From the NCBI GenBank assembly GCA_964291395.2, contig OZ219858.1, positions 96,001 to 160,000 of the forward strand: a stretch of 64,000 bases of DNA. Reading direction: 5' to 3'. The notes below the pieces were generated by a model that saw only the letters and a list, made by a program, of their open reading frames with translations, was not told the origin of the DNA and ran no database searches. Shown here piece by piece: positions 20,681-29,782 of this stretch (the stretch's first letter is position 1; every line of letters begins with the position of its first letter). This DNA comes from Alphaproteobacteria bacterium. GTDB taxonomy: Bacteria > Pseudomonadota > Alphaproteobacteria > UBA2966. Made by a program: the position numbers and the translations under genes.

Positions 20681-20717
20681 GGAACGGCGGGACATTTCCC
20701 GCCGTTCCTTTCCTTTC
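20681..20717 (+). terminator. Intrinsic terminator-like hairpin between the binding protein and Rieske genes
   Basis: Perfect 12-bp stem GGAACGGCGGGA-catt-TCCCGCCGTTCC followed by TTTCCTTTC. Confidence 0.6.
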
Positions 20718-20843
20718 GGCTTTTACGTCGGTGGAAGCGAAAGCGTAACCGCCCACGAACGCCAACAGAGCGCCATATAGAGGAGTTCGTTGACGTTCCA
20801 CGGAAGAACGGTTCGGTCGAAGAAGTGGAATGAGGAGCCGCCG

Positions 20844-22043
20844 ATGAACGAGATGACAGGCTACGGCCGGATCGCGCGCCGTCCCCAAGAGAACGCCGAA
20901 TTGACGCACGTTGAATTCGGCACCCCCATGGGCGAGCTGTTGCGACGCTACTGGCAGCCGTTCTGCCTGTCCGAGGAACTGCAAGACCTGCCCAAGAACA
21001 TCCGTATCCTCGGCGAGGACCTCGTGGGCTTCCGCGACGGCAACGGCCGCACGGGCCTGATCGACAGGCATTGCGCCCATCGCGGCACGTCGATGGAGTA
21101 TGCCAAGATCGAACCCGAAGGAATTCGCTGCTGCTATCACGGCTGGCTCTTCGACGTCGAAGGCCGCTGTCTCGAACAACCCGCCGAACCGCCGGAAAGC
21201 AAGAGCAAGGAAAACGTGCGGCAGGCCTGGTACCCGACACACGAATACGGTGGCCTGGTCTTCGCCTACATGGGGCCGCCCGAACTGCAGCCCCAGTTTC
21301 CCGAGTACGACAACCTCGTCGGCGACGATGTGGTGCTGACCGCGTACCGGAACATAAGCCGCGGCACCGTCGCCGAATGCAACTGGCTGCAGATCCAGGA
21401 GAACGCCATGGATCCGATCCATACCGCGTTCCTCCACCAGACCATCAGCGGGACGCAGTTCACCGACCTGTTCGGAGACCACGGCTCGCGGAAACTGGAC
21501 TTCGAGGAGACGCCGACGGGCATGATCTACATCCGGAAGTCGACGCTTTCCAACGGCGCCGAATACATCCGCATCGCGGAAAACTTCGTGCCCAACGCGC
21601 GTTCGATTCCGGACCCCTACTATTCCGAAGAAAGCCCCGACAGCGAACAATCCCGTCTCATCGGCTGGTGGGTGCCCGTGGATAACACCCACACCATGGG
21701 ATTCCACATCGAGCGTCTATGCATGATCGACGGCAAGCCCGTACCGTCCGTGCTGGCCCAGGCTCAGGAGGGGCGCGCCAGCGGCACCCAGGCCGCGCGC
21801 CGAGGCTATGAAGAGACCCAGCGCCAACCGGACGATCGTGAGGCACAGGTCAGCCAGGGGCCCATCGCCATACATGCCATGGAAAACCTGGTGTCGTCGG
21901 ACAAGGGCGTCGCCATGTTCCGGCGGCGGCTGAAGGAGGGCCTCGAGTCCCTTCAAAAGGGCGAGGACCCCATGGGTATCAGCCGGGACCCGTCGAACCG
22001 CACGATCCATGTGACCGCCAGCAACTCGATGGAGAGGAATTAG
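20844..22043 (+). CDS. Rieske non-heme iron oxygenase alpha subunit (phthalate 4,5-dioxygenase/LigX-like group)
   Basis: GTPMGELLRRYWQP, Rieske CAH..CCYHGW, mononuclear Fe ENAMDPIH..FLH, DDREAQ, LVSSDKGV; SD GAGGAG before ATG 20844. Confidence 0.92.
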   Translation: MNEMTGYGRIARRPQENAELTHVEFGTPMGELLRRYWQPFCLSEELQDLPKNIRILGEDLVGFRDGNGRTGLIDRHCAHRGTSMEYAKIEPEGIRCCYHGWLFDVEGRCLEQPAEPPESKSKENVRQAWYPTHEYGGLVFAYMGPPELQPQFPEYDNLVGDDVVLTAYRNISRGTVAECNWLQIQENAMDPIHTAFLHQTISGTQFTDLFGDHGSRKLDFEETPTGMIYIRKSTLSNGAEYIRIAENFVPNARSIPDPYYSEESPDSEQSRLIGWWVPVDNTHTMGFHIERLCMIDGKPVPSVLAQAQEGRASGTQAARRGYEETQRQPDDREAQVSQGPIAIHAMENLVSSDKGVAMFRRRLKEGLESLQKGEDPMGISRDPSNRTIHVTASNSMERN

Positions 22044-22080
22044 CGGTCGCCGGCATTCCGCGGAAGCCCGCGAATTTCCC

Positions 22081-22109
22081 TTCACATGGAGCCTCGAAAC
22101 GCCTATATA
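22081..22109 (+). promoter_or_regulatory. Sigma70-type promoter of ssrA
   Basis: TTCACA-N17-TATATA directly upstream of the tmRNA acceptor piece. Confidence 0.6.
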
Positions 22110-22115
22110 CCCTCC

Positions 22116-22435
22116 GTCGGGCAACCGACTATGGCGATAAACGCCGTTCGGAATAGGCGTTGCGGACCCGGGGGCAGTACCCGGCGCCTCCACCACGAAC
22201 ACATCCGGCCCAGCGTTTACTGCGGCGAGGGCATCGAAATGGCGGGTGTGGTCTTGATGGGGGCGAACCAGGATCGACGTGCGTGACAAAGGTGCGGTTT
22301 TCGCCCGGCATGATACCGCCGTTATCGGGTCACACTCACAAATGCCAACGATAACGAGGCATTTGCCGCTGCTGCGTAGACACCGTTAGCAACGGCGGGG
22401 TTTCGGGGGGCACCTGGCAACAGAAGCCCCCCACT
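22116..22435 (+). ncRNA. ssrA: Circularly permuted two-piece tmRNA (outer ends approximate)
   Basis: Acceptor piece ends in T-arm plus CGCCTCC-ACCA (22195); 63-nt intervening segment; coding piece starts GGGGGCG (22259), giving a G3:U70 acceptor stem; tag ORF 22344-22379 reads ANDNEAFAAAA*; upstream of sspB. Confidence 0.93.
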
Positions 22436-22622
22436 TCACGATCTATCGCACCGAATCCCCGGCGGCCGAACCCGTCGGAGAACTGTCCAACGTCGCGAAC
22501 GCCATCCCGGTCAATTTGTGTTTCAACTCGCGACAGGGCCTCGCTAGTATGGCGTTCGACGAAAGTTCAGTTGTGGTAGTGGCCTGAACGGCGGGCCTCC
22601 GACGCGCCACAGGGTAGTTTCG

Positions 22623-23126
22623 ATGTCAGAAGACCTGATGGGCTACAACCGGATCGTCGAGAATGCTCTCAAGGGCGTCGTTCGCGAAGCGCTGACGCGG
22701 GCTGCGGCCGTCGGACTGCCCGGTGATCACCACTTCTACATCACCTACCGGACGGACGCGCCCGGCGTGGTCGTCCCCCAGTCGCTTCAGGAGCGATATC
22801 CGGAAGAGATCACGATCGTCATTCAGCATCAATTTTGGGACCTCGCCGTCGATCATGAGTCCTTCTCCGTGACACTCTCTTTCGGCGGAAAGAAGGAGCA
22901 TCTCGAGGTGCCCTTCGGTGCGATCACGGGATTCGCCGATCCCAGCGTTCAGTTCGGGCTGCAATTCAAGGCCGATCAAGCGTCCATCAACGAGAATTTG
23001 CATGATCGCGACGAAGAACTGTCGGCCGCCGTTGCCGACGGGAGCTTGGAAGACACCCCAGTCCCCGTGGAAACGAACGCGGCCTCCGCGGACGTCGTCG
23101 TATTGGACCGGTTCCGCAAGAAGTAG
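22623..23126 (+). CDS. sspB: ClpXP adaptor SspB, alphaproteobacterial type
   Basis: GLPGDHHFYIT, YPEEITIVIQHQFWDL, F.DPSVQFGLQF, C-terminal VVVLDRFRKK. Confidence 0.93.
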   Translation: MSEDLMGYNRIVENALKGVVREALTRAAAVGLPGDHHFYITYRTDAPGVVVPQSLQERYPEEITIVIQHQFWDLAVDHESFSVTLSFGGKKEHLEVPFGAITGFADPSVQFGLQFKADQASINENLHDRDEELSAAVADGSLEDTPVPVETNAASADVVVLDRFRKK

Positions 23127-23251
23127 GCCGGTCCGCCCGTCCCCGGGGGAAACCGGCGGACTCCCTGTACCCGTCGGGTAGCAATTTATCTGCGCGGACG
23201 ATCGCCCTCCGGTTTGTCCGAAGTGCGTAGCGCGGAGGGCGGAGCGCGAAC

Positions 23252-24665
23252 ATGAATAACGAAGCACCGAGCAAGGGCATGCGCACCGAACGGGATACGC
23301 TGGGCGCCGTCGTCGTGCCCGCGGACCGCTATTGGGGCGCCCAGACGCAGCGCTCCCTCCTGAACTTTCGCATCGGCGACCGCAAGATGCCCTATGCCGT
23401 CATCCAGGGCCTCGCGGTCGTCAAAAAGGCCTGTGCCCGGGTCAACGCGGAGAACGGAGATTTGGACGGGAGACGTCGCGGAGGCCATTGGGCAGGCGGC
23501 AGACGAAATCATCGGCGAAACCCTGGCGGACCATTTCCCGCTGGTCGTGTTCCAAACGGGGTCCGGTACCCAGTCCAATATGAACGTCAACGAGGTGATT
23601 GCCAATCGTGCCAACGAGGTCCTGGGTCATGCGCTCGGCTCGAACAGGCCCGTCCACCCCAACGATCACGTCAATCGGGGACAATCGTCCAACGACTCCT
23701 TCCCCACGGCCATGCACATCGCCGCCGTCACCGCGCTACGAGGCCAGCTTCTGCCGGCTTTGCGTCACCTTCACGAAGCGTTGGGCACGAAGGCCAATGC
23801 ATGGCAGGACATCGTGAAGGTCGGTCGTACACACCTCCAGGACGCAACGCCCCTGACGCTGGGCCAGGAATTTTCCGGCTACGCGACGCAGGTCGCGCTC
23901 GGCATGGAACGCATCGAAACGGTCATGCCCCGGCTCCATGCGATCGCCCAGGGCGGGACGGCCGTGGGAACCGGCCTTAACGCACCTTCGGCTTTTGCGG
24001 ATGCCGTTGCCCGGGAAATAGCCCGGATAACCGGTTATCCCTTCGTCTCCGCGGCAAACAAATTCGAGGCTTTGGCGGCGCACGACGCCATCGTCGAAGC
24101 GTCGGGAGCGCTGAATACCATCGCCGTGAGCCTCATGAAAATCGCCAATGACGTGCGCCTGCTGGGATCGGGACCTCGGTCGGGCCTCGGAGAATTGCGG
24201 TTGCCCGAAAACGAGCCCGGATCCTCGATCATGCCGGGGAAGGCAAATCCGACTCAGTGCGAAGCATTGACCCAGGTTGCCGCCCAGGTGATGGGCAATC
24301 ACGTGACGATTACGGTGGCCGGATCAAGCGGACACCTCGAGCTCAATGCGTTCAAACCGGTCATGATCGACAATCTGCTCGAGTCCATCCGGCTGCTTAC
24401 GGAAGGCTGCCAAAGCTTTACCGACAACTGCATCACCGGCATCGAGCCGAATCGGGCACGAATCGCCGAGCATCTCGACCAATCGCTAATGCTGATCACG
24501 GCGATTGCACCCCACATCGGGTACGAAAACGCCGCGCGCATCGCAAAGAAGGCACATGCGGAGGGTACGAACCTCCGCCAGGCTGCGCTTCAACTCGGTC
24601 TGATCGAAGCGGAGGAATTCGACCGCTGGGTGAAGCCTGAAGACATGACGGCGCCCAGGCCATGA
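23252..24665 (+). pseudogene. fumC: Class II fumarate hydratase with a +1 frameshift at 23468-23470 (true pseudogene or sequence error)
   Basis: First frame has RTERDTLG..YWGAQTQRS..NGDLD; second frame continues [42 protein letters not shown]; removing one G from GAC-GGG-AGAC joins them. Confidence 0.9.
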
Positions 24666-24690
24666 ACGCGAGACGTTGGGCGCCCTCGCC

Positions 24691-24936
24691 ATGAAACGGT
24701 CGATCACCATTGCCGGTCATCGGACGAGCATCTCCCTCGAAGAGGAGTTCTGGAAGGCGCTGCGTGCGATCGCCAGGGAGGACGGGCAGTCGATCAATGC
24801 CCTGGTGAGCACGATCGACAAGCAGCGGACCACGAACCTGTCGAGCGCGATCCGTGTCTTCGTTCTGAACCGGTACCAGACGCCCGCAGACCACGGGGGA
24901 TCCGGTTGTCGGACACATGACAAGAACGGGGTCTGA
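24691..24936 (+). CDS. Ribbon-helix-helix domain protein (RHH_4 type)
   Basis: KRSITIAGHRTSISLEEEFW.AL, NLSSAIRVFVL; follows fumC. Confidence 0.88.
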   Translation: MKRSITIAGHRTSISLEEEFWKALRAIAREDGQSINALVSTIDKQRTTNLSSAIRVFVLNRYQTPADHGGSGCRTHDKNGV

Positions 24937-25000
24937 CACCGATCCCCGCCGGCCTCGGCCAGCCGGAAGCAGACGATCCAGCCGCCGGGTACCCTGAACG

Positions 25001-26386
25001 CTAGATCTGAACGACCTTGCCCGGGTTCATGATATTGGCGGGGTCCAGCGCCTTCTTGATACCTCGCATGAGGCTGACGGCCTCACCATGCTCCGCGGTC
25101 AAGAAATTCAGCTTGCCATAGCCTACGCCGTGCTCGCCGGTGCAGGTTCCATCAAGTGCGAGAGCCCGTAAGACCAGGCGCTCGTTGAGACGCTCGACTT
25201 CTGCCAACTCGCGTTCGTCATTCGGATCGAAGAGGAAAACGAGATGGAAGTTGCCGTCTCCGACGTGCCCGACGAGGGGTGCCATCAAAAATGACTCCGC
25301 CAAGTCCTTTTTGGTTTCCAAGATGCATTCGGCAAGCTTCGAGATGGGCACACACACATCCGTCGCCCACATCTTGGCGCCGGGCCGGAGGGATAACGCC
25401 GCATATGCCGCGTCGTGCCGAGCTTGCCAGAGGTGGTTCCGGTCTTCCGTCCGCGTCGCCCATTGGAAGTCGCCGGCACCGTTCTCCGTCGCCAGTATCT
25501 GGACGGTTTCAGCCTGCTCGGCCACGCTCGCCTCCGAGCCGTGGAATTCGAGAAACAATGTCGGGGCGACGGGATACTGAAGGTCCGAGTAACTGTTGCA
25601 CGCTTCCATCTGCAGTTCGTCCAGCAGTTCGATACGTGCGACGGGAACACCCATCTGGATGGTCTCAATGACCGTATTGACGGCTCCTTCGATCCCGGGA
25701 AACGAACAGACGGCGGCAGACATCGCTTCCGGGATGCCGTAAAGGCGCAACGTGATCTCCGTGATGACTCCGAGGGTACCTTCCGAGCCCACGAACACGC
25801 GCGTGAGGTCGTAGCCGGCCGCCGACTTACGGGCCCGCCGCGCCGTATTGACGATGCGGCCGTCGGCCGTCACCACGGTAAGCGCAAGAACGTTCTCACG
25901 CATCGTTCCGTAGCGCACGGCGTTGGTACCTGACGCGCGGGTCGCGGTCATCCCCCCGATCGTTGCATCGGCGCCCGGATCGATCGGAAAGAACAACCCG
26001 GTATCCCGCAGATGCTCATTCAGTTGCTTGCGCCGCACACCGGCCTGCACGGTCACGTCCATATCTTCGGCGCTCGCACGCACGATTTCATTCATTTCGC
26101 TGAGATCGATACACACGCCGCCGTGAAGGGCTGCCACGTGGCCTTCCAGGGACGTGCCGATCCCGAAGGGAATAACCGGTGTTCCGTGCTCGGCGCAGAC
26201 CCGCACGATCTCAGCGACTTCCTCGGTGCTTTTCGGGAACACGACCGCGTCCGGCGCGTGCGCGGCATGATAGGACTCATCCCGCCCGTGTTGCTCGCAA
26301 GTGGCTGAGGACGTGGAGAGACGTCCTCCCAGCCGCTGCTTGAGCACCGCAACCGCCGTATTGACCTGCGCCCGTACCGCATCCAT
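25001..26386 (-). CDS. FAD-linked oxidase, D-lactate dehydrogenase/GlcD family
   Basis: PDAVVFP, GTSLEGH, FFPIDPGADATIGGM, GSEGTLG, GHVGDGNFH, TGEHGVG, MNPGK. Confidence 0.92.
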   Translation of the reverse strand: MDAVRAQVNTAVAVLKQRLGGRLSTSSATCEQHGRDESYHAAHAPDAVVFPKSTEEVAEIVRVCAEHGTPVIPFGIGTSLEGHVAALHGGVCIDLSEMNEIVRASAEDMDVTVQAGVRRKQLNEHLRDTGLFFPIDPGADATIGGMTATRASGTNAVRYGTMRENVLALTVVTADGRIVNTARRARKSAAGYDLTRVFVGSEGTLGVITEITLRLYGIPEAMSAAVCSFPGIEGAVNTVIETIQMGVPVARIELLDELQMEACNSYSDLQYPVAPTLFLEFHGSEASVAEQAETVQILATENGAGDFQWATRTEDRNHLWQARHDAAYAALSLRPGAKMWATDVCVPISKLAECILETKKDLAESFLMAPLVGHVGDGNFHLVFLFDPNDERELAEVERLNERLVLRALALDGTCTGEHGVGYGKLNFLTAEHGEAVSLMRGIKKALDPANIMNPGKVVQI

Positions 26387-26570
26387 GGTTCACTCCTTCG
26401 ACGAACTGAACCGGCCGCCGTCGACTTTTGTTCTTGCCCGCAATCGAAGGCGGGTACTCGCTCGTTTACCACAGAACACGACCGGGCCACCAATCGCACG
26501 CTTTAACAATTCGACACCCCGACGAACCTTCAAGCCACACAATCATGGCGCATTTGCAAGGTGGCCCCTA

Positions 26571-26584
26571 TTGACTGCGGTCAA
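26571..26584. promoter_or_regulatory. FNR/FixK-like palindrome
   Basis: Perfect dyad TTGAC-TGCG-GTCAA in the divergent intergenic region. Confidence 0.4.
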
Positions 26585-26609
26585 AGACACCCACGAGAGT
26601 GACCGGGAT

Positions 26610-27089
26610 ATGACCTCTGCAAGCGCTTTGGCCATCCACGAGGAGACCGTTCGTCCCGAATGGATCGACCACAACGGTCACATGAACGTCGCCTACTACG
26701 TGCTGGCCTTCGACCATGCGACGGACCGCCTCTTCGACTTGCTGGGCCTCGGCGCAGTCTACGTGGAACGCGAGCACAAGTCGGTATTCCAGGTCCAATG
26801 CCACGTCAACTACCTCCAAGAGGTGAAGGAGGGCGATCCACTGAGGTTCACGATTCAACTACTGGACTACGATGTGAAGCGAATCCATTTTTTTGCCAGC
26901 ATGTATCATCTCGGCGACGGATTTCTCTCGGCGACGGCGGAATGGCTTGGCATCCACGTGGACCTGACGGCGCGGCGTTCCGCTGAATTGCCCGAGAGGG
27001 CCCTGGAACGACTCGCACGGTTGAAAGCGGACCACGAGGCGCTGCCGCAGCCTCCCCAGGTCGGTCGCACGATCGGCATCCGCAAATGA
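26610..27089 (+). CDS. Acyl-CoA thioesterase, hot-dog (4HBT-like) family
   Basis: VRPEWIDHNGHMNVAYY, HVNYLQEV, LLDYDVKRIH; start moved to ATG 26610. Confidence 0.88.
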   Translation: MTSASALAIHEETVRPEWIDHNGHMNVAYYVLAFDHATDRLFDLLGLGAVYVEREHKSVFQVQCHVNYLQEVKEGDPLRFTIQLLDYDVKRIHFFASMYHLGDGFLSATAEWLGIHVDLTARRSAELPERALERLARLKADHEALPQPPQVGRTIGIRK

Positions 27090-27143
27090 TTCCCATCGGC
27101 CGGATTTTGACCATGGGTTTTTTGGCCTTAGCCTTGTTCCGGA

Positions 27144-27677
27144 ATGACTGATACGCCGTCGTCAGCGCCGCCGCGGGAGTCCCGTCGTCTCGTACTGGGG
27201 ATCGCCTGCTCGTTCGCCATGCTCGCCGGGTGGCCGGCGCTCGCCGCCTGTACAGATCCGCCCAGAAAGAACGTGAACTGGGAACGTTGCTACTTGGAGG
27301 AGCGGAATCTGGCAGGATCCGATCTACGCGGGGCACGATTGCGCGACGCGCGATTCAACCGGTCGAATTTGGAGAGCAGCAATCTCTCCAATGTCGATGC
27401 CCATCGCGCCAAATTCATCTCTGCAACGCTCTCGAAGAGCGTTTTCGACGGTGCCCGCCTGACCGAATCGGACTTCACAAAGGCCGTTCTCCGAGACACA
27501 TCCTTCGCCCGCGCCGATCTGCGACGCGCGCGACTGTTCCGCTCGGACCTCAGAGGGGCAAACTTCACGGGTGCCCGCATGACGGGCGCCGACTTCCTCA
27601 ACGCAGACCTGTCCGGCGCGACCTGGATCGACGGGGAAACGGTTTGCTCCGACGGCTCCATCGGCCAGTGCAAGTGA
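27144..27677 (+). CDS. Exported pentapeptide repeat protein
   Basis: Signal-like segment ending ALA; tandem A(D/N)LXX repeats (SDLRG, ARLRD, ADLRR, ANFTG, ADLSG). Confidence 0.88.
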   Translation: MTDTPSSAPPRESRRLVLGIACSFAMLAGWPALAACTDPPRKNVNWERCYLEERNLAGSDLRGARLRDARFNRSNLESSNLSNVDAHRAKFISATLSKSVFDGARLTESDFTKAVLRDTSFARADLRRARLFRSDLRGANFTGARMTGADFLNADLSGATWIDGETVCSDGSIGQCK

Positions 27678-27932
27678 CGTTGTCCCTACCTTCTTAGGTC
27701 AAGGGGACAAACGCGAAAAAATTTCTACGGTTCCATTCCAACTGGAATCGTTCCGGCCAGGCCCCGGACCGGTCGTGGCGCCTACTGTCGGCTGCCTCGG
27801 CATATGCCTCATGATTCTCTACTTGAATACAATGACTTGGCCGACACTGTGCAATCGGGATATACAGTCAATTCAATAATGACTTGAAAGTCGGCGCATT
27901 ACGGTCGCGCTGGCGAAAGCGAAAGTGGGTCG

Positions 27933-29708
27933 ATGACGTCTCAACTGCCACGTCTCGACGCCGTGGCGGCTCGGTGGCGAAGCTTCGCCGCCAACGATCA
28001 GGTCGTGCTCTCGGCACTCGCACTGGTCATCGGCGTGGCGGTTGGGTACGGCACGATTGGGTTTCGCCTGCTGCTGGGCTTGGTACAGGAAGTCTTCTAC
28101 GGCTTCTCGGCTCAGCAGGTCGCCACCCTGGCCGACAACCTGGCGTGGTGGCACGTCCTTCTCGCCCCCGCTGCGGGCGGCCTGGTTGTCGGCTTGCTCC
28201 TTCAATTCATGGTCCCCGGCCGCAAGGCGGAAGGCGTCGCGCAAGTCATGGAAGCAGGATCGCTGCGCGGCGGTCGCCTGACCCTGAGAAAGGGTCTGGC
28301 CGTGGCCGCCGTATCCGCCGCCAGCCTCGGCGCGGGCGCGAGCGCCGGGCGGGAAGGTCCCGTCGTCCATATCGGCGCCACCGCTGCATCGTTCGTCGCA
28401 CAACGGTTCAAGTTCGGCCCTTCCCTGGCCTTGACCCTGTTGGGGTGTGGCGTCGCCAGTGCCGTCGCGTCATCGTTCAACGCCCCGATCGCCGGTGTGT
28501 TTTTTGCCTTGGAGGTGGTGATCGGTCACTACGCCCTTCACGCTTTTTCCCCGATCGTGATCGCGTCGGTCGCGGGCACCATCGTCTCCCGCATCCATCT
28601 GGGCGACTTTCCAGCCTTTGTTCTTCCCGATTACTCGATCGTCTCGTTCTTCGAACTTCCCGCGTTCCTGATGCTCGGTATCGTCTGCGCCGTGGTCGCT
28701 ATGACCTTCATGTGGAGTATCATGTTCGCCACGGACACCGTCGAGCGTACCCGGGCGCCTATATGGCTCCGCCCTGCCATCGGCGGTCTCGGAGTTGGCG
28801 CCATCGCGGTCTTCTTTCCCCAGGTGCTGGGCGTCGGCTACGAAGCCACCGATGACGCGCTCAAGGGTCTCATCCCCCTGGGATTCCTGATACTCCTCGT
28901 CATCGCCAAGGTGACGGCGACCGCGATCACGCTGGGGAGCGGCTTCGGCGGCGGGGTCTTCAGTCCCTCGCTATACATCGGCGCGATGACAGGTGGTGCC
29001 TTCGGATTCGTCGCGGCCACCGCCTTCCCCGATCTGGCTTCGAGTCCCGGCCTCTACGCAATCGTCGGCATGGGCGCCGTCGCGGCGCCCGTTCTCGGCG
29101 CTCCGATTTCCACCGTCCTCATGATGTTCGAGTTGATCGGCGATCTTTCGGTTACCGTCGCCGCGATGATCGCCATCGCCGTGGCGAGCATCGTGACCCA
29201 CCAGGTCCTGAGGCGTTCGTTCTTTGACTGGCAACTCATGCGCCAGGGTATCAGCCTCAGGGGTGGCCGGGCGCGGCAGCTGCTCCTGGCCGTTCGGGCA
29301 CGCCACATCATGGGCGATGACTTCCGGACCGTCACGGAAGGCACGAGTATCTCCGAGATCCGGCATCTGCTGCGAACCGCGCCGCACGATCATTTTTTCG
29401 TGACGGATGGCGAGGGCCGATACGTGGGCAAGGTCTCGTTCGCGGACATCCGCGATGTCGCCTTCGAGACCGGTGTCGATACCCTGATCAATGCGCGCGA
29501 CGCCGCACGCAAAGTGACGGTGATCGAAGGCGACGACAATCTCGAGCGTGCACTCTCTCTGATGGATGCGGCCGGAGAAAACCATCTGCCCGTCGTGGAT
29601 AACGCACGGGATCTCGTCGTCATCGGCATCCTGCACCACAACCGGGTGCTTCGCGAGTACAACAAGGCACTGCTGTCGGCGCGTGCAGAAGAGCACGGCG
29701 AGCGCTGA
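27933..29708 (+). CDS. ClC-family chloride channel/transporter with C-terminal CBS pair
   Basis: GREGP, FNAPIAG, GGVFSP, APIS; many TM helices; two CBS domains. Confidence 0.93.
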   Translation: MTSQLPRLDAVAARWRSFAANDQVVLSALALVIGVAVGYGTIGFRLLLGLVQEVFYGFSAQQVATLADNLAWWHVLLAPAAGGLVVGLLLQFMVPGRKAEGVAQVMEAGSLRGGRLTLRKGLAVAAVSAASLGAGASAGREGPVVHIGATAASFVAQRFKFGPSLALTLLGCGVASAVASSFNAPIAGVFFALEVVIGHYALHAFSPIVIASVAGTIVSRIHLGDFPAFVLPDYSIVSFFELPAFLMLGIVCAVVAMTFMWSIMFATDTVERTRAPIWLRPAIGGLGVGAIAVFFPQVLGVGYEATDDALKGLIPLGFLILLVIAKVTATAITLGSGFGGGVFSPSLYIGAMTGGAFGFVAATAFPDLASSPGLYAIVGMGAVAAPVLGAPISTVLMMFELIGDLSVTVAAMIAIAVASIVTHQVLRRSFFDWQLMRQGISLRGGRARQLLLAVRARHIMGDDFRTVTEGTSISEIRHLLRTAPHDHFFVTDGEGRYVGKVSFADIRDVAFETGVDTLINARDAARKVTVIEGDDNLERALSLMDAAGENHLPVVDNARDLVVIGILHHNRVLREYNKALLSARAEEHGER

Positions 29709-29782
29709 GATTCGTGCCGGCACCCTCCGGTCGGGAGCTGCTGGCCGCTCCGCCCGGAGGGCTGTGCTATAAGTCGCGAAAG

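Larger units (their letters stand above)
16800..22050. mobile_element. Decayed genomic island or insertion between thyX and ssrA (borders approximate)
   Basis: Integrase remnant, truncated ArsR and accessory cargo next to the tmRNA gene; no convincing att repeats found. Confidence 0.55.

Noticed and set aside
19641-21707. 688-aa minus-strand ORF, and similar long antisense ORFs at 14515-16029, 36607-38415 and 44090-45916
   Set aside because: Antisense shadows of well-supported genes, expected in GC-rich DNA.
23252-23980. 242-aa ORF as a separate gene
   Set aside because: It is the FumC N-terminus running out of frame after the frameshift.
27678-27932. Possible fluoride riboswitch before the ClC gene; AATGACTTG repeated at 27831 and 27878
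   Set aside because: No crcB riboswitch consensus seen; the repeat is only an imperfect IHF-like match.
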